Shown here: piece by piece, positions 56,646 through 64,000 of the stretch | Layout: each line of letters begins with the position of its first letter | Numbering within the stretch: the first letter of the stretch is position 1 | Assembly: GCF_009914755.1 (NCBI RefSeq) | Contig: NC_060930.1 | DNA from: the human T2T-CHM13v2.0 reference genome, Homo sapiens | Length of the DNA stretch: 64,000 bases | Strand: one strand, 5' to 3' | Position numbers and translations under genes: made by a program | The notes under the pieces: generated by a model | Database searches by the model: none | Told to the model about the DNA's origin: nothing | Seen by the model: the letters and a program-made list of their open reading frames with translations, nothing else

Positions 56646-58420
56646 AATACTAGCCATTTTTTTAAAAAGTTTTGGTTATCTATAATTTGCTAATATTCCA
56701 CATCAACCTACATATTACATTTTTAGGAAGAAAAGGCTATTAAATGGGTAAATATAAACTATATAGAAGTTCCAAGACAAAGATATGCATCAGATATTGT
56801 GGAAGTATTAACTATAGCTAACCCAACCCAAGAAGAGTTGGGGACAAGGCCTTCAGGGGGACTTGACAGGGGGAATAGAACAGCCCTTTTTGATGTCACC
56901 CCCAGAGAAGTGATGGGTACCAGGGAAGAACACTTGGGTTACTCTAGGGAAGCTTGTTCTAAAAATCACTGCTGTCTCAAATGGAAGGGCTCCACCACAA
57001 ATGTGCAACCCCCAGCTGCACAGAAAGCTGTCATGATTATGACTCAAGGAATGAACACCCAAAGGAACATAACATGGGAGAAGGCTTTTACAGTCTTGGT
57101 CAAATAATTATCTGTCACATAATTTATTTAGACACAAAAGCAGACAAAATACCCAAAAGAACAACTGTGGGAAGCCATCATCACTGAAAATCGTTTTGCC
57201 CAGAATCTCGTAGTCCTTTCTAATCAGAGAACACTACCATAGAAACTTTCTACTTGAGCTCAAAGGACAAACATGGAGGAGATGGCTGACCAGGGCATCA
57301 GTCACTGCACCTGTGTCATCAGCCCCATCCCCAGACTCTGGTTTAGAGCCTGACACTGAGATAATGGAAGTCGATCCTGCTGTTCATTCCAGTAGATACA
57401 AGGCGGACACTGCCTTCTGGAGGCAAAGCCAAGAGGGCTGTACTCTTGTTCAGATTTTCCCAAGTGTGCCTTGTTAGCCACTCCTCTCATAACCCACTTT
57501 TTGTCTTTTCATAGAAGGCCTTTTGTTTGAGACAATGGAAAGACACCAGCCCAAGATAAATCAATTGAACACTTACTGGAATGTTTGAAAACTGCCTGGA
57601 GGTTGGGCATAGTTTCTCAATACTTTCTTCTCCCTGGTGTGGCATTTGAACTACTTCATCATCTGCTTTGTGTTTCCAGTTTGGGAGAACAGAGTAAGCA
57701 GGGCTGGGAAAATGCAGTATATTCCTTAATAATTGTCTAGACTGTGATGGGATTGCAAGGCTATTCAAAGGCAATGGCAGAGGGTGGGTACTAAACAATG
57801 CTTATTATGCTTTTCTCCCTGAAGCACTTGTGATTTATTTGTTTGCTTGCTCAATCCCTCTACCCCTTTCATTCCTGGAGATTACAGCAAAATCTTGATT
57901 ATAATGAAGAAAGGAAGAATCAAATACTGGGCCTGTCAAAATTTGACCAACTAATATCATCTGAGGGAAAGAGTCATACGATAGGAGATGAGACATTGCA
58001 GGTTCTAATCTCAAATGGCCCTGGAGACCTGAGTGGGCTGTTGCACAAGTCTGTGCCCATGTCACCAGGTCTGGGAAATATCATGAAATTTGGTGAAAAG
58101 CCTAGAGCAGTGATTGAAGTTCCTTGGGAAGATAGTTCTTTATATCCCTCCGGTAATTCCTCGAGATGGAAGGCATCAAGTCTGGTGACAGGAATCATTG
58201 TTGATTCATGTTGCAACTGTGACATTCCATGGAGCTTTCCAAGTCAGCACATTCTGGAAGGCACCCTCTGTGTATCAGTCTCCTCACTTGGGTTTGTGTA
58301 TTTTTGACCAGGAATGTGAGGGCTGCAGTTGGTAACAGCCGTGGTAGAGGAAGAGGAGACAAGGCAACAGGGAAAGGACTGCAAGGCCTGGGACTAAACT
58401 GTGTTTAAATCTCAAGGCCG

Positions 58421-58520
58421 CCCAGGGTGAATTCACTGGGAAGCTGCTGAGCCTTAAGCTTCAAGGTGTCTTGCTTTCCTGGGTCCCTTCCAAGCGCTTG
58501 GATCTGATTTCAAGAATTCT
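58421..58520 (+). mobile_element. Zaphod/MER115-like terminal fragment
   Basis: cagggtgaattcact..gaagct..gagccttaagcttcaagg...gggtcccttccaag, similar to the terminus near 3930-4010. Confidence 0.45.
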
Positions 58521-58579
58521 GTATTGGTACTTATTGTATTGCCTTAAGGCTTCATAAATCCCACAAATGTCGTTGATCC

Positions 58580-58770
58580 TGGCACTTACATGTGACCTTG
58601 GACAAGTTCCTCTACTTCACTGAGTTTCTGCTTTCTCATCTCAATAACGGGACTAAGGATCCTTCACCCTGTTAAGACCACTGCTGGGGTTAACTCAGAT
58701 AATGCAGGGAAAGCACCTAATACAGTGCCTGGCCAATACGAGGACATCAATTAATGGTAGTTGTTGCTAT
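58580..58770. mobile_element. MIR SINE
   Basis: tgtgaccttggacaagtt...tttctcatct...aagcacctaatacagtgcctggc. Confidence 0.75.
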
Positions 58771-60352
58771 TGCCTTACCAAACGTGGGGTCCTCCTGTTC
58801 TCTGTTCCTTGCCCCATACTCTTGGTCAATATATTCCTGAATATCCCAAGGTGCAGTGGAGAATGGGTGATTTTAAGAAGCTCCAAATTTGTGGCCAACT
58901 CCCTGGAGAGGAAAATCAATAGCCTGGAGATTTGCTTCCCTTACTTATTTAGTATACAGCCAAAGCCCTGTTCCTTATACTCCCTTGGGATGCTCCTTGG
59001 TGATAAGCTGTGTTGAAAGGCACACCCATAGCAAAATAGACACAACATGCCTGTGTGCTGAAACACTACCATATTATCGGATAGCAAATGGCAGTACCCA
59101 CTATACGCTCTGCCAATTCTTTTCCTCCCACCTGCCAACTCATTCCTCTGACCCTGGCTCAATCTGCCATCCATAGAATTTAATGATCTCTTTTGACTGA
59201 TGGTACACAGGTCATGAAACTATTTGAACTTTCTGCTCTGGTAGGAACAAGGGGGATGTGAAAGAAACTAGAGCAACAAAAAGATGTTAATTCTTTGTGT
59301 TTAATTCCTCGTAAATATTTGAAATCCTCACTCCACATAATTACTCTGAGTAGCTAGATGGGGGTATCCCTCCAACTACAGCAAGTGAGCCTAGGGTTGG
59401 GGCACCCAAGACGCAGGATCACTAACATCCCAGGGACTTGATAGATACCCAGTGTTTTAACTGCTTTCTTCCCCTCTCCGCCTCTGCTCCCCATACAGAT
59501 TTATTCTGTACCACACACAAATGCACTGGGTAAAATATGTGACGAGGAAACAAGGGGAATAGTTCATAAATATTCTGAGCCATATGCAAACAATCTTAGA
59601 TTTATTTTTCTCTTTTTTAAGGAGGAAAAAAAATCCACCCATTCCATGATCACTTCCAGATTCATTGAGGTTGATATTACATAAGACCCAATATTGTTTT
59701 CTCGTCGTAGAGAAATAATGACTTGGAAACAGCAATTTGAGCTAAGAAAATAATATATTCTTACCAGGGCATGGAGGCTGAATGGGGACTGGGGAGCCAA
59801 GACTCTAACCCAGCCTCCAACAAGTTCTTGCAAGAACAGCTCAGCCCTGGTTTGCTGGCAAACTCAGTGCAGCACAGGTCCTGATGAGCATAAGGCAAAG
59901 CAGACTCCTGGGGCTCAAAATTCACATGGAGAGGAGCAGATATCAAAGGTGGTCTTTGAAAGAATGAGAACAGCTCTGTGGGCCCAGGTGGCTGCACGCT
60001 CAACTTCTCATATATGGTTTTTCTCTTGTATGTGTGTTGCAGCAAAATAAAAACCAGGAACCCACCTGTGACCATTGTCTGTAGATTGGATGGGTGTCTG
60101 TTCAACTATCCATGGAGAAGGAGGTTGTGGTTATTGGGCACTGGCCTGGGCCGAGTACCCTCTGCCCTATCTTGTTCCTTTTATTGCCCTAGTCCCATAC
60201 CTTAGCACCAGCAAGGAAATACACTCACTGAATTCCCGCAGTGAGCTAGGGATGTTTATGCAACTACCATTTAAACACACAATGAGGCTATTGAGATGGA
60301 AAATATTATTCATCGTCATTCAACAGATGAAGAAACTGAGTCTTAGACTTAC

Positions 60353-60486
60353 CCAGGGCACATACGCTTATGCAAGCACACACATAGCTGGTCCTTAAAC
60401 CATTCAAACTACTCCTGGGATGTACAATGGAAATGTGCCTTGCTTTGTTTTCAACTGCTATGGTCTTCCTTACAAGCTCCTAACCT
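60353..60486 (-). other. Candidate 134-nt cryptic/non-coding exon in the CLIC5 intron, donor from an antisense MIR
   Basis: Acceptor gttgttgttgtttttccaccacccag| at 60487 and consensus donor TGG|gtaagt at 60352. Confidence 0.4.
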
Positions 60487-63400
60487 CTGGGTGGTGGAAA
60501 AACAACAACAACTTTAATTTCGTCCATTTTGGATTATAACCTAGTCTGATGTAATCATCTAAATAGTCCCCCTAGAGAATTCTGTCTCTTTGCATTGATA
60601 TGCTCAGTTTCCCAGAGAACCTGCCCCTCCTTGCTCTCCTTCCTGAGTCAGTGGCACTGGGAATTGGGGACTAGGCCCCTGTGACCTCACAGCACTGGGG
60701 AGATGGGGGTTCTGGAATCTATGGGTGGAAGGCTTTGGAAAGCGAATACAGGTTCTGCATTTCTTCTGTTTGCTTCCTTCCAGAGTAACCATGGGGATGC
60801 TGGGTGGGGGTTACAGGTGGGCTGCTTGCCTCCCTCCACAATCTGGAAGGATACCCAAGCAAAGCACCACACGGAGCTCTTAACATGCTCTAGTTCCCTG
60901 ACCCTCCCCCCCACCACCTCTCCTTTCTTCTTCATCCCCAACTCCCCTGTACTAGGAAGGGTGGGCTTTTCTTTTAGTTTTCCCAGGTCAAATAGCCCAT
61001 CAATCATTGAGCAGAAAGCCTCGCGGCCTTGCTGCATAGCCAGTACAACTGTTTCTACTCTGTGAGTCGAGGCCTCCAGGCAGGGTTTTTGATGGGTAAA
61101 ATTTGAGAAATAAAAGAGTTTAGAACATCTTAGACAATAGGTTGGGTAAAAGTCTACTGTCTTGTTGAAAATGCTATTTTGAAGATCAAAAGCTGAATAT
61201 TGAATTCTTTTTTCTGTCTTAGAGTTCCTTTTACAGAAATCCTAATCTCTCTGAGGCCAATGAATGCCTAGGGCAGATTAGAATCACGTACTCAGAGTGA
61301 CAGAGAGAAAAAAATGTTCAATCTATTAGCTCTATTATAATTTAGGTGCAAAGCCCAGGATTTAAGCGCAGGGCTATTAGATTCTAAAACATAAACTCCT
61401 TCTACTCTGCAAGGCCACTTCTGGGTGCAAGGACTGTCCCATCACTCCTTGGGTATTCACGTGGCCTGACAGGTGCTGCAAAATGTTCTCATTCCCCTGA
61501 CAAAAGAGGATGGGGCTCCCCTCATGACTCCCCCATGCCTTACCTTCCAACTAATTTGGTAACATATTTGTGTTCTGCTACCAATGCTTGATTTCAGATA
61601 TATTTCTTAGTACTTTCAGTGACCGTGATGAGGTCAAGAAGGAGTTTTCTCTGAGTAGAGGGGCAACCATGACCCATCACATCACTTTTCAACTCTGCCT
61701 GTTCTAGGGGCCAATGCTGTCACACGGGCTGTGTGACAATGAAACATCTGGTCGAAAAGTGAGAAATCCATTTGGATTTTTCCTAGGAGGAAAGAAATAT
61801 CTAGATATTGAGAAATACCTGGAGCACTGAATGAAGTTTTTACTTTTCATCTTCTCATTTGAGATCATGTTGATATAACCAAAGGGTGCAAAAAAAGTAC
61901 AGTGGTGGTTTGAGAAAGACCATGGCGGACGGAGATGTCTCTGGCCATCACATATTTTTGAAGAGAAAATACAAAGATGGCCACAATTGTTGACATTTGA
62001 TAGTTTAAAACGTGAATGGTAACGTGATGGAAACAAAAAATAATAATAAGAAGAATATCACCACTTACTCATCTGTTGGAAGAAGAAGCCTTTCTTTCCA
62101 CAGGCAGCTAGGACAAGAGGAAGAGACACTGAGAGAGATCAGATGGACTAGGCCAAAGATCCAGGAGCAAGCGGGATGTAGGAGCCCCAGCAGGGCCCAG
62201 GAGGATTGGGAGGGTGAGGAAAAGGGCAGGTGCAGGCCAAGCAGGCAGAAATGTAGATGCTATAACGAGCTCAATTTTGAGGAGAGGCAAAGATATTCTA
62301 AGGGGATTTTGAGGATGTTCAGCTCTGTGATGGGCAGTGTAACCAATCCCCTCCCCCACCAGAAAACTTTACATAAAGATCTGCATTCATCTTTCAGGTT
62401 TTAGAAATGAGTCATGTAGCTTTTTTCTCAGTTGCCAAAGTCCTTAAAGAAAGAGAACAGTAGCCCAGTTACAGTTAGGTTATACGAGTATGAATGACCA
62501 CACAAAGGCAAAATTATAAAGCAGGTGGAAACTGGGGTTTTCTCATCCGCAGTGACCTTTCTAGGACTCATGGCAGGTAAGGGGGTGCTGATTTTCAGGT
62601 CCCTTTGTCTTTTAAATAATGTCTACACCAGATTCTTAGACCACATGAAGTCAGAAACGGCAGCAAGGTTTTAGAAGATGGGAAGGGGACTTTCTATCAG
62701 GTCTGATGGGACGCTCTCTGCTGTGCCTGGGCCCTCTGGCTATGTTTGCATGTCACTGGTTTCATCAAGGAAGAAACAGAGAATCTGGGTCGAGTATGTC
62801 GGGGAGCCATGGCTTCTGATAACAAACACAGTAGCAGAGCAGCACATTCACTCTGCCATAAGAGATTTGGGTTTGAATCCTCAGTTATGCTTGTTCACAG
62901 GTTCACATCATCTAGTGTCTGGTGCAGAGTGAGACTTGATTAAAGTTAACTGCTATTATTATTATTACAGCTATAGAACTTGGGTTTATGAGAGGATGAA
63001 GGGGAAGAAGACACCGAGAGAAAGATGAGAGAAGAGATCAGCTCAAGGCAGAAGTTCAGTGTCTGAAGTGAAGTTTATCTGAACATCCTAGCATGTTCCA
63101 GGTCCAAGGAGAATCCTGGAGAGCTTGCAGGATGAAGCTTGCTCTTGACTTTCCTAACATGTTAGGGATCTAAAGTTGCCTGGAAGCATCTCTTTGGGTT
63201 TGGCTTTGCTCTCTCCAGGCCACATGGGTGTGTCACATTTTCTTAGTTTGACAGTTTAGAGAGTTCATGTCCACCTTTGGCACTGAACCAAGAACACTGG
63301 ACTTGGCCTCATAGCCAGAGAGGAGGATGTTGTCAAATTGGCCTTGGGTGTGAACAACCCAGGGGCTCACATGGGGGAGGCAATTCCCAGGCCTCCGTTT

Positions 63401-64000
63401 CTAGGCACTGCTAAAAACAGGAAAGGCAGAAAGACAAACAGCGGTTTATGAGAAAGCAAAATGCAATGGCATCTTCAACAGATTCCCCACTGTTCCCTCG
63501 TGTGGCGTCAGCTGGGCTACAGAGAGTGTGCAGCACGTGGTGCCATGGGTATTATTTGTTTGTTCTAGAAAGAATTTCAGCCTCAGAGGGGAGGATGAAT
63601 TAAATGACAAGCTCCTATAGTTCTTTCCAGTAAGAAGCCAGTAAATGATTCTTTATTTGAAAGATAGCGTTTAAGTCTTACAATTATGGTGGGTTGGGAT
63701 ATAGGACACTGTTGGTTGCCCACCCTCCTCTGTGGTGGGGAGAATGGGGTGTTTTCTGATGTATTTCCAAGGAATTCAGAAACTTTCTTAAGGAAGACAC
63801 AGATTCTCCACATAGCTGCTTCCCCAAGCTCTATAGGGGATTCTTATAAAGAAGCATCTTTTTATTTAATACAGCTCCACAAATCACCCTTATATTTGGC
63901 GTATGTTCAGAAGTATTAGTACAACAACAAAATGCATATTTTTTTTAAAGGCAAGAGACTTTGGCCAGTATTTGGCTATGTTTAAAACACCAGCATGGTA

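Overview
Human (or very close primate) genomic DNA, rich in Alu, L1, MIR, MaLR and hAT repeats. It holds the 3' end of CLIC5 (chloride intracellular channel 5) on the minus strand: the penultimate coding exon (55646-55827), the canonical last exon (coding 44375-44542) with a ~4.6-kb 3'UTR ending near 39735, and ~39 kb of downstream sequence. The most informative non-obvious structure is a combinatorial 3'-end system. It comprises a 35-nt frame-switching microexon (55196-55230), a proximal alternative last exon encoding EQVPLKGMI* (54128-54157, own AATAAA), a candidate distal last exon (22026-22387) ending ~18 kb beyond the main poly(A) site, and a candidate MIR-exonized poison exon (60353-60486). 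Unusual retrotransposition products include a tiny L1HS-type insertion with an intact TSD, a twin-primed Alu, a twin-primed L1MA, an internal L1 duplication and a tightly spaced inverted Alu pair next to a splice acceptor. There are no prokaryotic systems, CRISPR arrays, tRNAs or rRNAs. I see no evidence of a wholly new gene family, and almost all listed ORFs are noise or repeat-derived. Repeat subfamily names and boundaries were judged by eye and are approximate.
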